DNA from: a virus
Taxonomy: Duplodnaviria > Caudoviricetes
Direction: 5' to 3' (one strand)
IMG/VR virus record: IMGVR_UViG_3300032219_001106
Location: 1-24,613 of that record
Length of the DNA stretch: 24,613 nt
A program made the position numbers and the translations under genes. Within the stretch, counting starts at the first letter, position 1, and each line of letters begins with the position of its first letter. This document shows, one piece after another, positions 9,404 to 18,230 of the stretch. Below the pieces are notes generated by a model. The model did no database searches, was not told the DNA's origin, and saw only the letters and a program-made list of their open reading frames with translations.

Positions 9404-11154
9404 CTGTTCATACCTATACTTCGTTGATTCACACCAGAGATCATTGCAGTTTTAATCTCCTCTAGTGGTAGTAATGGTGACATTTCTTCTAATAAACCAG
9501 CCTGTATTGTGTTGTCAGCATTTTTAATTCCTCTTACCTTTGGAATGAATTCTTGATTTGGAGACATGAATACTTCAAGAATAGCCTGAGTTGAAGATGC
9601 AATAAAATCATCTATAGCATCAATTGTGTAATATTCATATCCAAATGCATTTGCCACTTTTTTGTAGTCTGGTAATTCTACACCAGTTTTTTTGTCAACA
9701 CAAGTTTTTGTTCCACAAAATAACAAATTTTGAGTATGCTTAATCATTAAGTATCCATCGTTATTAAAAATAACGATTTTTACAGGCAGATCATGAGTTT
9801 TGATTGTTTGTAATTCCTGTAAATTCATCATCATCCCACCATCACAGTTCAAACACATAACAGGTTTACCAGCAAATCCTGCGCCAACTGCTGCTGCAAT
9901 TCCATATCCCATTTCACCCAAACCAAGAGAAGTAAACATTTTTTGATTTGATTTGATATTGAATCCATAGAATCCGCTCAATAATGCAGTTCCCATATCG
10001 GTAACAATGTTGTAATTGTCTGGTACTTTTTTGGAAAACCAATCCATGAATGTATATGAATTAGTTGGATCACTTAAATGTTCTGGCATCACTAACGGAT
10101 ATTGATTGCGAGTATTAACACAGTATGTTTTCCAATTGTCTATCTGAAGATCGATATCATTAGATCGATCCAAAAGTTTGGATAAAACTGCATTCACATT
10201 CACATTGATGTTTTTTCCATTGAATTTTTTTGTTTCTGTTGGATCTATATCAATATGAATTATATGTGCATGGGGAGCAAAGTCTTTTTTCGAATAGCCA
10301 GTTTGTAGTAAAGATAACCTGCTACCAAATACAATTAAAAGATCACAATTTTGTGTTATAAAATTTGCTGCTCGTTGTCCATGAACACCAGGTCTACCAA
10401 AATTATTGACATCATCTGTTTCTAGTAAATCAACAGCCGACCATGTGAGAAGAGTTGGAATATTATGTTTAGAAACAAAGTTCCTGAAATACTGTTCAGA
10501 GTTTGATAACTTTACTCCATGCCCACCCAAGATTACTGGTTTTGTTGATTTATTAAGGCGATCAATTATATAATCAATATCATCTTCTTGTGCTATATCA
10601 ATATGAACATCATCAGTTATTACATCCGTTGACTCGACTGTGTGAGATTGAACATCAAACGGTACTTCCAGAAAAACAGGACCAGGTCTTCCCTCTTGAG
10701 ACAAAGTAAATGCTCTCTCAAAAAGAGAACAAACATTTTCCTTTGTTACTCTTTCTGACATCTTGGTATGTTTTTTATATGTGGTTACAGAATCATAACC
10801 CTGTATGCCATACATTCTCATATCAGAATATTGATCAATGTAATACGATTGCTCCTGCCCTGAAATAATAATACTTGGTATTGAATCTGCCCAGTTTGAT
10901 AGAATACCAGTAAATGCGTTTGAAGATCCACCACCGGCAGTAACCAAAGCAATAGCCTCCATCTTTCCTGTTGCTCTGTAATAGGCTCCTGCTGCCATTA
11001 CTGCTACTTGTTCGTGATGGACAGGAACAACTTTAATACTGGGATGTTTGTGTAATGAATCAAAAATGTGCGAATTAGCAGAACCTATGATACCAAACAC
11101 AACTTTTATGTTGTGCTTCAACATTGTATTTACAATCGCATCACTTACTTTCAT
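9400..11154 (-). CDS. Thiamine-diphosphate-dependent enzyme, acetolactate synthase-like (YerE-type carboligase inferred)
   Basis: HHEQ catalytic Glu, GRPGPVFLEVP, GEMGYG and ThDP motif CDGG...NN. The ATG at 11154 (MKVSD) is preferred over the TTG at 11166. Confidence 0.9.
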   Translation of the reverse strand: MKVSDAIVNTMLKHNIKVVFGIIGSANSHIFDSLHKHPSIKVVPVHHEQVAVMAAGAYYRATGKMEAIALVTAGGGSSNAFTGILSNWADSIPSIIISGQEQSYYIDQYSDMRMYGIQGYDSVTTYKKHTKMSERVTKENVCSLFERAFTLSQEGRPGPVFLEVPFDVQSHTVESTDVITDDVHIDIAQEDDIDYIIDRLNKSTKPVILGGHGVKLSNSEQYFRNFVSKHNIPTLLTWSAVDLLETDDVNNFGRPGVHGQRAANFITQNCDLLIVFGSRLSLLQTGYSKKDFAPHAHIIHIDIDPTETKKFNGKNINVNVNAVLSKLLDRSNDIDLQIDNWKTYCVNTRNQYPLVMPEHLSDPTNSYTFMDWFSKKVPDNYNIVTDMGTALLSGFYGFNIKSNQKMFTSLGLGEMGYGIAAAVGAGFAGKPVMCLNCDGGMMMNLQELQTIKTHDLPVKIVIFNNDGYLMIKHTQNLLFCGTKTCVDKKTGVELPDYKKVANAFGYEYYTIDAIDDFIASSTQAILEVFMSPNQEFIPKVRGIKNADNTIQAGLLEEMSPLLPLEEIKTAMISGVNQRSIGMNR

Positions 11155-11159
11155 ATATT

Positions 11160-12110
11160 TTACCAAATAAAACGATGTTTATAATATTCAACAATCTTTA
11201 CTAATTCTTCATCAAACTGCTTAACGGGACTCCAACCCAGCGAACGAAGTTTTGTGTCATCAAGAGCATATCGTACATCTTGCCCCTGTCTATTGCAAGA
11301 CAAATCAACATATTTGTCAAATTCAGATAAATCTATACCATTAGCAGTCAATATTTTCTGAACAGTTGTAAGATTACTCTGTTCGAATCCTCCGGCAATA
11401 TTGTAAATCTCATTCTTAACACCGCTTTCGATTATTGTTATGATTGCATTGGCTGTATCTTCTGCATGAAGCCAATTTCGAATAGGTGTACCATTATTAT
11501 GCAATGGAATCTTTCTTCCTAACTTTAGATATTTACATGCTTTTGGTATTAGTTTTTCAACATATTGTCCTATACCATAATTGTTTGTTGGACGAACTAT
11601 AATATATGGAACATTATAAGTTCTTCCCCATGCCAAAACTAACATATCTGCCGCTGCTTTTGATGCAGAGTACGGATTAGATGGTTTTAGTAAATCCGAT
11701 TCCGTGTGGGCGCCATCTACAATATCACCGTAAACTTCATCTGTGCTAAAGTGAAGTAGTGTGGGTATCTTTACATTTTCTTGTCTATAGTTCTTTATCA
11801 ACTCTAAAATCTTATGAACTCCATTTACATTACTGGTAATGAAGTCATCGCTATTGGCAATAGAATTACCAACATGAGTTTCAGCTGCCATATTGATTAT
11901 ATAATCACAGTCATATAGAAACTCCAAATCATTAATATCACAATGAACAAATGAGAAGTTACTATACTGCTTAAATTCTTCTAATAATTGTTTATTGGCA
12001 GCATATGTTGTTTTGTCAACTCCCTTGACATACCACCCTTTCTGTAAACATAATCGGGTAACATACGATCCTATAAAACCCAAACATCCAGTTACATATA
12101 CTACTTTCAT
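11160..12110 (-). CDS. rmlB: NDP-glucose 4,6-dehydratase, RmlB/RfbB-like
   Basis: TGCLGFIG, AAETHV, FSTDEVYG, PSNPYSASKA, NNYG, EKLIP, RNWLH and DVRY motifs. Nucleotide specificity is unverified. Confidence 0.88.
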   Translation of the reverse strand: MKVVYVTGCLGFIGSYVTRLCLQKGWYVKGVDKTTYAANKQLLEEFKQYSNFSFVHCDINDLEFLYDCDYIINMAAETHVGNSIANSDDFITSNVNGVHKILELIKNYRQENVKIPTLLHFSTDEVYGDIVDGAHTESDLLKPSNPYSASKAAADMLVLAWGRTYNVPYIIVRPTNNYGIGQYVEKLIPKACKYLKLGRKIPLHNNGTPIRNWLHAEDTANAIITIIESGVKNEIYNIAGGFEQSNLTTVQKILTANGIDLSEFDKYVDLSCNRQGQDVRYALDDTKLRSLGWSPVKQFDEELVKIVEYYKHRFIW

Positions 12111-12125
12111 TTCATTTTTCCTTTT

Positions 12126-12992
12126 TTAGTCAACATTTATAGGAATCCATTCTTCTGGAAACCATTTACCATTAATATAATCAAAACGAACATCTTTTAG
12201 ATAATTAAACGAACATATTACTTTTTTATCTTTTTTACGATTGAGATATGCTCCCCACCAATGGAAACTACTATTTGCTATTATATTATGATCGCATAAA
12301 GTCATCAAACACATTTGTTCATATTTTGATAAATTTTCAGCATAAACAACATTGTCTAATTTTAGATTGGATTTTATCCATTCCCAACCATTATAAGAAT
12401 CTAAAGGAGAACCAGAGAATATAAAGAACTTAAGTTTGGTGTTTGGTATTAGTTCTTTTATTTTCTGTATCGCGGCATAATAATAATCTAAGGATAGTAT
12501 TAAAGATGCCCCCCCACCGTCATCTCTTCTGAATCCAATAGAAACTGTTATTTCTTGATCTTGGTTATGTTGTTGCAGATATTCATTAGATTTGTTTTGT
12601 ATTTCATCTGTAAAAGTATACATTTCTAAAATATCGTCTTTTAGAAAATCAAAGTACTTATAAAAACCGAGATCTCCTCTTATTACATAATTATTACTAG
12701 AAGAGAGATGATACAAGTTTTTATCTATTTCTCCTATTAAAATTCCAGTTGGTAGTTGAGGAGTTATATTGTAAAAAACTTGTTCTTTTAGTTCATGTAT
12801 TGAAACTAATTTTGGTTTAAATTTAAATGGTTGTTCTAATAACAGACCAAATATAGTATTATCAAAGTTTTCTTTTATCAGAATTGGTTCGTTTTTGCTT
12901 AACTTTGCAATAGCATATAAAGATGCATATTGTGACATCTGTGAACCAAAACCACAATCTGTTCCTAAATCTAGTTTAGTTATATAACCCAT
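12126..12992 (-). CDS. GT11 (alpha-1,2-fucosyltransferase-like) glycosyltransferase
   Basis: GFGSQMSQY, a variant RRxD motif (GFRRDD), CDHNIIANSSFHWWGAYL and FPEEWI. Confidence 0.85.
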   Translation of the reverse strand: MGYITKLDLGTDCGFGSQMSQYASLYAIAKLSKNEPILIKENFDNTIFGLLLEQPFKFKPKLVSIHELKEQVFYNITPQLPTGILIGEIDKNLYHLSSSNNYVIRGDLGFYKYFDFLKDDILEMYTFTDEIQNKSNEYLQQHNQDQEITVSIGFRRDDGGGASLILSLDYYYAAIQKIKELIPNTKLKFFIFSGSPLDSYNGWEWIKSNLKLDNVVYAENLSKYEQMCLMTLCDHNIIANSSFHWWGAYLNRKKDKKVICSFNYLKDVRFDYINGKWFPEEWIPINVD

Positions 12993-13009
12993 TTAAATTT
13001 ATTGAACTC

Positions 13010-13741
13010 CTATAAATAGTTTTTAAAACTATTTTGTAGAACATTAATTCTGTTTTTATTTGTCATACCAGTAAGATGAGCAATAAATGAGTCTTCAGTC
13101 CAAGGTGATATTGGATCTGGTCTACCATCCCATACACTTCCTACTATTTTTTTATCTGGAACTCCACCTAAAAATTTATGTTCTAAAATTTTCATAACTT
13201 GTTTGAATGGTGTATCTCTATACATCAAATTTAAAGTTGTTTGATCAAAACCACCAGTTTTAGAATCTTGAATATATTTTCCAATGGTAACAAATGTTTT
13301 TAAAAACTCATCAAATTGTTCACCTTTATGTACTATGAAATTTCCAGTACTAAAAGAGAATCTATGAGGCCAATCCCAAGAGGCATAAAAACAATATTTG
13401 TCTTCTATTTGAAAATCATCTATTGAGTAATCGGAATTAGTTATTATAGAATCTGCATCAATCCACATAACATAATCATAATATTCCAACAGTTGACATG
13501 CGCGTAAAACTCGAATAAAACCAATAAATCCATATCCACAGTCTGATTCTTTAAATATATTGTGCCTTGTATCTGTTCCAAAAGATCGCATCGACATAAG
13601 ATCGTAACCATGTTTTTGAACATATCTTTGTTTTGAAGGAAGAGTTAAATTAAAAACTTCTTCCATGCTGTTATCATGTTTATAATGTTCTTCCTTTAAA
13701 GTATCTGATGTTCCGGTTAATATTAATACTCTTTTATTCAT
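13010..13741 (-). CDS. GT34 (GMA12/MNN10-like) glycosyltransferase
   Basis: KQRYVQKHGY, MWIDADS (DXD), STGNFIV, DQTTLN and FIAHLTG motifs. Confidence 0.75.
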   Translation of the reverse strand: MNKRVLILTGTSDTLKEEHYKHDNSMEEVFNLTLPSKQRYVQKHGYDLMSMRSFGTDTRHNIFKESDCGYGFIGFIRVLRACQLLEYYDYVMWIDADSIITNSDYSIDDFQIEDKYCFYASWDWPHRFSFSTGNFIVHKGEQFDEFLKTFVTIGKYIQDSKTGGFDQTTLNLMYRDTPFKQVMKILEHKFLGGVPDKKIVGSVWDGRPDPISPWTEDSFIAHLTGMTNKNRINVLQNSFKNYL

Positions 13742-15054
13742 AATTTAAATTTCATTAAAAAGTTGTTTGCTATCATTTCTATGTAGTCTAACTGTTCATC
13801 AGTAATTACTGGGCTTGTTCCCAAGAAGAAAGTATCAGTTGTAACTTTTCTGGCGTTTGGGAAATTGTTGATGATGTCATCTTGATTCATTATTCCAGAA
13901 TAAGCAGGTTGTAACATGACATTACCAGCAAAGTATGGTCTAGTTTGAATCTTATTATCTTCAAAGTAGTTTACGATATCCTTACGCTTGAAAGGCGCAC
14001 CATTCTTGATTGTAAGGGCAAAAGCAAACCAACTTGGATTTGCATGTTCTGTTGCTTTTGGAAGAACAAAGAATTCTTCATATTTAGCAAAGATATCACT
14101 TAGTCTCTTGTGATTGTGATTTCTCTTTTGTGTGATTATTGGTAACTTCTTTAATTGAGCAAGACCCATAGCAGCCTGTAATTCAATTGGCTTTAGATTA
14201 AATCCAATCTCATCATAGACATACTTGTGATCAAATACTTCATCAGGCAAAGAAGGAAGCCAATTAGAGAATCTGGTCTTACACATACCGTTCTTTAACA
14301 TACTGGCTTTCTTACCAACACAATAACAACCTCTTCCCCACTCGCGGAAACTTCGAACTACGATCTCTTGCTGTTGTGTATTACAAGCAACAAATCCACC
14401 CTCACCCATAGTAATATGATGGGCTGGATAAAAAGAACAACTAGCGAAGTCACCAAAAGATCCCAATGGTTTACCGTTATAAGTAGAGTCTAATGCATCA
14501 CAGCAATCCTCAAGGAACACTAAACCATAATGATTGACAATATCCATGAGTCTATTCATGTTTGGTGGATTACCCAAGACATGAGCAAAAGTAATTACTT
14601 TGCAACCTTCTTTTGCTTTTTGCTCTACTTGATCCAAATTAAGATTGAGTGTGTCGATATCAATATCAACAAACTCAGGAACAAATCCTACTTGGAAAAT
14701 AGGATTGATTGTAGTGGGAAATCCGGCAATAGGAGTAATTACCTTTGTTCCCTTTTGGAAGTTTGTCAATCTCTTGGATGTAAGAGCAGACATCATAAGC
14801 AGATTAGAACTGCTTCCGCTATTAGTCAGAATACCAAAATCCTTCCCAACATACTTTGGGAATTGATGTTCAAAACGAATACCGTTTTCTCCCAATACAA
14901 GCCATCCATTTAGCAAGGCTCGTATTGCTTCAACATATTCTTCTGTTCCAAAGTATGGACCAGCATACTGGACAACATCTTGTCCGGCAATCCACTTCTT
15001 TGATTCATTCTTCTTGGTTATAAACTCTTCTACTGCTTTTAAAATATCTTCCAT
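13738..15054 (-). CDS. rfbH: NDP-4-keto-6-deoxyglucose 3-dehydratase, E1/RfbH/DdhC type (PMP and [2Fe-2S])
   Basis: NSGSSSNLL, FPTTINP, HVLGNP, EDCCDA, SFYPAHHITMGEGG (His in place of the PLP Lys), WGRGCYC...C and DHKY. The start at 15054 (MEDILK) is preferred. Confidence 0.93.
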   Translation of the reverse strand: MEDILKAVEEFITKKNESKKWIAGQDVVQYAGPYFGTEEYVEAIRALLNGWLVLGENGIRFEHQFPKYVGKDFGILTNSGSSSNLLMMSALTSKRLTNFQKGTKVITPIAGFPTTINPIFQVGFVPEFVDIDIDTLNLNLDQVEQKAKEGCKVITFAHVLGNPPNMNRLMDIVNHYGLVFLEDCCDALDSTYNGKPLGSFGDFASCSFYPAHHITMGEGGFVACNTQQQEIVVRSFREWGRGCYCVGKKASMLKNGMCKTRFSNWLPSLPDEVFDHKYVYDEIGFNLKPIELQAAMGLAQLKKLPIITQKRNHNHKRLSDIFAKYEEFFVLPKATEHANPSWFAFALTIKNGAPFKRKDIVNYFEDNKIQTRPYFAGNVMLQPAYSGIMNQDDIINNFPNARKVTTDTFFLGTSPVITDEQLDYIEMIANNFLMKFKL

Positions 15055-15056
15055 AA

Positions 15057-15890
15057 TTAATGAATTCCCATACCCCAATCATTCAGATTGGGAATATTAA
15101 ATTGTTTCACACATGTCTTAATGAACTTGTATTTGTAATTAGTTTCTAACGGTTGCTTTTCGTAGACATCATAGCCTACTTTTAATGGAAAGTCAAATGA
15201 TTTATACTCCCAATTAAAATTATTGACTGATGCATCATATGCACTGGCTGGTATTGTATCTACACCGAACTGTGTTCTGTTTACATAATCAACTATCTTC
15301 CAGTAGTATTGTTTTATTCCTACGGCTTTTTTATCCAACCATTGCAAATGTGCAATGAATAATCTAGGAATAGCAATATGTCCCTGCTTTTCGGGGACAG
15401 GCAGATGCTCAGAATGCATTTGTGCAGTTTTAAACTTGGTTGGTTTGCTATATGAACCAATTCTATCTTTGAAATTATATCCCAAAGGACCATCAACTCT
15501 TATTTGATTGGTGTTAGTATATTGAACCCACTGTGTATGGATGAGAGTGTCTTTATTTGCTTCTAGAATGATCTCTAATTGCTCTTTGGTCAAATCACCA
15601 TCCAAGTATTCATCCGTATCCAAACAAATGATATTACCAGAATGTTTAAATGCTTCATCAAAAAGGCGTTGTCTTATTTCGGATTCTATTGGTGGAGCAT
15701 CATCCTTGACACCAGTAGTCATTACGGCAAGAATGTTGTACTTCTCTCTGTTTTCATTTAGAAACTCTAGTGTACCATCATCTGAACGATCTACCATAAA
15801 AACAAATGCATCAGCATATTTCTGCCAATGAGGCATCATTTCTTTGATAAGAAACAATTCATTACGAGTAAGTGTTATCTGTACGATCAT
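15057..15890 (-). CDS. GT2-like glycosyltransferase
   Basis: TRNE, VDRSDDGT and ICLDTDEYL (DXD) motifs. Confidence 0.75.
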   Translation of the reverse strand: MIVQITLTRNELFLIKEMMPHWQKYADAFVFMVDRSDDGTLEFLNENREKYNILAVMTTGVKDDAPPIESEIRQRLFDEAFKHSGNIICLDTDEYLDGDLTKEQLEIILEANKDTLIHTQWVQYTNTNQIRVDGPLGYNFKDRIGSYSKPTKFKTAQMHSEHLPVPEKQGHIAIPRLFIAHLQWLDKKAVGIKQYYWKIVDYVNRTQFGVDTIPASAYDASVNNFNWEYKSFDFPLKVGYDVYEKQPLETNYKYKFIKTCVKQFNIPNLNDWGMGIH

Positions 15891-16732
15891 AAAAGATTTG
15901 CTTTCTCTAAAACTCGTGTTAAAAGTGAACTAGCATAATACTTTGCTTTTTCAAAATTGTAATTAATTTTTTCTAAGTTTGAATTATAATAATCTTCTGT
16001 GTAATTATGTGAGAAAATATTTTGTAAATTTATCCAATAACTAGTATCAAAAAAATCTGATATGTTTGGGCAGCCCCAATATATTGGTATTGTTTTTGTT
16101 ATTAAACAATCTATTAATTTTTCTGAAAAATAATTTATTTCACCAGAACTTTCAATCGCAACCGAATACATTGAATAAAATAAATTGATTTTATCATCGT
16201 TTGGTAGTTGCTGTTCGTTTGGTAAAGGAAATCTAGTTGATGTATAAAATTTTTTCACACAAGGAATCATATCTTTATGATACCATATTTTTTGGCGTAT
16301 ATCATAACCATATTTACCAACAGATGCACCACATATCATACTAATTGAATTGTGTTTTTCAAGAAAACCTAGATTATCAGTAAATCTACCAAGAGAATCT
16401 ATATGATGTGTATATTTGTTTAACCATGTTGTTCCATATGGTAATAAATAAGAATTCTTACAATTTTGTAATACTTTTGGATTTGCAGTCATTATTGCAG
16501 TATATTTTTCTTGATTTGCAATAATATGATCTGCCTGTTCGACCCAAGCAGAAGTAGTTGGTTCATTGCAGTTTACAAATATTTTTGTCTTTGCATCTGA
16601 AAAAAATTCAACATTTCCACCTGGTCTTTTGTTTTTCCCAAATCTAGTAAAATGAATTTCACATGGTTCTTTTACTAAAGGTAATTCGCTATCCGGGTAC
16701 ATGTATTCTGCATTAATTATTAATGGTTTCAT
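15887..16732 (-). CDS. GT10 (alpha-1,3-fucosyltransferase-like) glycosyltransferase
   Basis: YSVAIESSGEINYFSEKLIDCLITKTIPIYWG matches the GT10 motif. Confidence 0.8.
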   Translation of the reverse strand: MKPLIINAEYMYPDSELPLVKEPCEIHFTRFGKNKRPGGNVEFFSDAKTKIFVNCNEPTTSAWVEQADHIIANQEKYTAIMTANPKVLQNCKNSYLLPYGTTWLNKYTHHIDSLGRFTDNLGFLEKHNSISMICGASVGKYGYDIRQKIWYHKDMIPCVKKFYTSTRFPLPNEQQLPNDDKINLFYSMYSVAIESSGEINYFSEKLIDCLITKTIPIYWGCPNISDFFDTSYWINLQNIFSHNYTEDYYNSNLEKINYNFEKAKYYASSLLTRVLEKANLL

Positions 16733-17573
16733 TTATTTTTTTCCATAATATATCATCTGACATTTCCAGATTAATCACACGATTCAAGTTATCATGAACG
16801 GCATTAAGTTTTGATTTATATAAATCTTCTGTCAACATATTAATATCAAAATTGGAATCAAGAATTATTATACCATCCATATTAAATAATTCACCAATAC
16901 TTGGGCTTCCCGCATACACAGGAATAGTTCCAGTTGCAAAGCAATCAGTAATCTTCTCTGTATAATAGTTATCATAGAAATCATTCTCAACAACAACAGA
17001 AAACATATAGTCCTTTAGACCATACATTTTACTCATCCAAGGTCTAGTCGGATCGGTATCTGGTAGTCGTGGAGAACCACATGCACCACCAAATAGATCT
17101 AAATTCTCTTTGAATCTATCTGCATATTCATGACGAATTATGTGCCCCTTAGTCATTCGCTTTGCAGATGCAACCATACTGACTAATTTACTCTTCGGAT
17201 ATACTCCATATTCCGTATCAGGAATCCAAGGCAAATTACTTCCAGATGCACAGTATTCAAATACGGGAGAAAAACCAACAAGTTGTTTATCTGAAACAAA
17301 GATCTTCTTAAATCGTTTTTCCAATGTAGAAAAATTCCAATTTAAAAATGTTGATGTATCTCGCACGATTGATCTAGATTCACAGAGCCAACCATATAAG
17401 TTTTTGACTGTAGCAGGTATTAATTCATATTGCAGAATAGCGTTATCAATCAACACCAAATGATCTAGCGGACCATGTGGTGGAAATTCCCATCTGAAGT
17501 TCTTTGGTTTACGATTGGAACAAGAAGAATGCTGTGGTTCAAATGGAAACCCATAACCATACAACACATTCAT
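16713..17573 (-). CDS. GT10 (alpha-1,3-fucosyltransferase-like) glycosyltransferase
   Basis: YMFSVVVENDFYDNYYTEKITDCFATGTIPVYAG matches the GT10 motif. Confidence 0.85.
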   Translation of the reverse strand: MNVLYGYGFPFEPQHSSCSNRKPKNFRWEFPPHGPLDHLVLIDNAILQYELIPATVKNLYGWLCESRSIVRDTSTFLNWNFSTLEKRFKKIFVSDKQLVGFSPVFEYCASGSNLPWIPDTEYGVYPKSKLVSMVASAKRMTKGHIIRHEYADRFKENLDLFGGACGSPRLPDTDPTRPWMSKMYGLKDYMFSVVVENDFYDNYYTEKITDCFATGTIPVYAGSPSIGELFNMDGIIILDSNFDINMLTEDLYKSKLNAVHDNLNRVINLEMSDDILWKKINETINN

Positions 17574-18229
17574 TGTTTAACTTCCATGAAAGAATTACCG
17601 GGAGATTGCCACTCAATTAATTCTTCATTATAGCCCATATTTTTTAGTGCTTCCTTTTTCGAAGGAGCATCTGAAAGACCCATCATGAATACAGTATTCT
17701 GATCTTGCTTTCCCGGCCAAACACAATAATTTTTATCCAGAATTGCAATTTTTTTATTTTTTACATACTGGGTCAGACAACCAAGAAAAGTTTCATGATC
17801 AAATACACTTCCTTTATTTTTGCGAACAAACTCACAATGAGAAATCCATGTTCTAATAAAGTCTAATGTATCTGAATTGTAATTAAACCAAAGTGGAGAA
17901 GATTTAGTTGTAATTAAATTTTGAGGATCGTGTCCGGCTATACCAATATTAACTCCCATATTACTAAGACCATCAAATGCAGTTGGTTGCTTCATAATGA
18001 AGGTATCAATATCCAACCAAAGAAGTGGTCGTTGATATTGCGTAAGTTTTGAATAAATGTATTTTGGTTTTAATAAGCAGTTACTTTGATAACTGCCTTG
18101 AGATTGTATCTCAGCAACCTCATGCGGAATGCCAAAAGTATGGCATTCTGAAATGAACCTTTTTGCATGATCGCTATAATAGGTTTGACCATCTACATCA
18201 CAAAAATAACTAATCACGAGTGTATTCAT
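17570..18229 (-). CDS. Putative GT-A fold nucleotide-diphospho-sugar transferase
   Basis: NCLLKPKYI, PLLWLDID (DXD), W...FDHE motifs, plus gene context. Confidence 0.7.
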   Translation of the reverse strand: MNTLVISYFCDVDGQTYYSDHAKRFISECHTFGIPHEVAEIQSQGSYQSNCLLKPKYIYSKLTQYQRPLLWLDIDTFIMKQPTAFDGLSNMGVNIGIAGHDPQNLITTKSSPLWFNYNSDTLDFIRTWISHCEFVRKNKGSVFDHETFLGCLTQYVKNKKIAILDKNYCVWPGKQDQNTVFMMGLSDAPSKKEALKNMGYNEELIEWQSPGNSFMEVKQ

Positions 18230-18230
18230 A

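Noticed and set aside
13011-13018. Perfect TATAAATA on the plus strand
   Set aside because: It coincides with the last codons and stop of a minus-strand gene, and no plus-strand gene follows. Likely chance, though antisense transcription cannot be excluded.
13738-15054. Call as a DegT-type aminotransferase or as ColD (colitose pathway with Gmd)
   Set aside because: His replaces the catalytic Lys, excluding a normal aminotransferase, and the CxC...C...H Fe-S pattern fits E1/RfbH rather than ColD.
4120-18229. Interpretation as a bacterial chromosomal O-antigen locus
   Set aside because: It is joined to regA with a 1-nt gap and to phage fibre genes, lacks flippase and polymerase genes, and carries T4-type late boxes.
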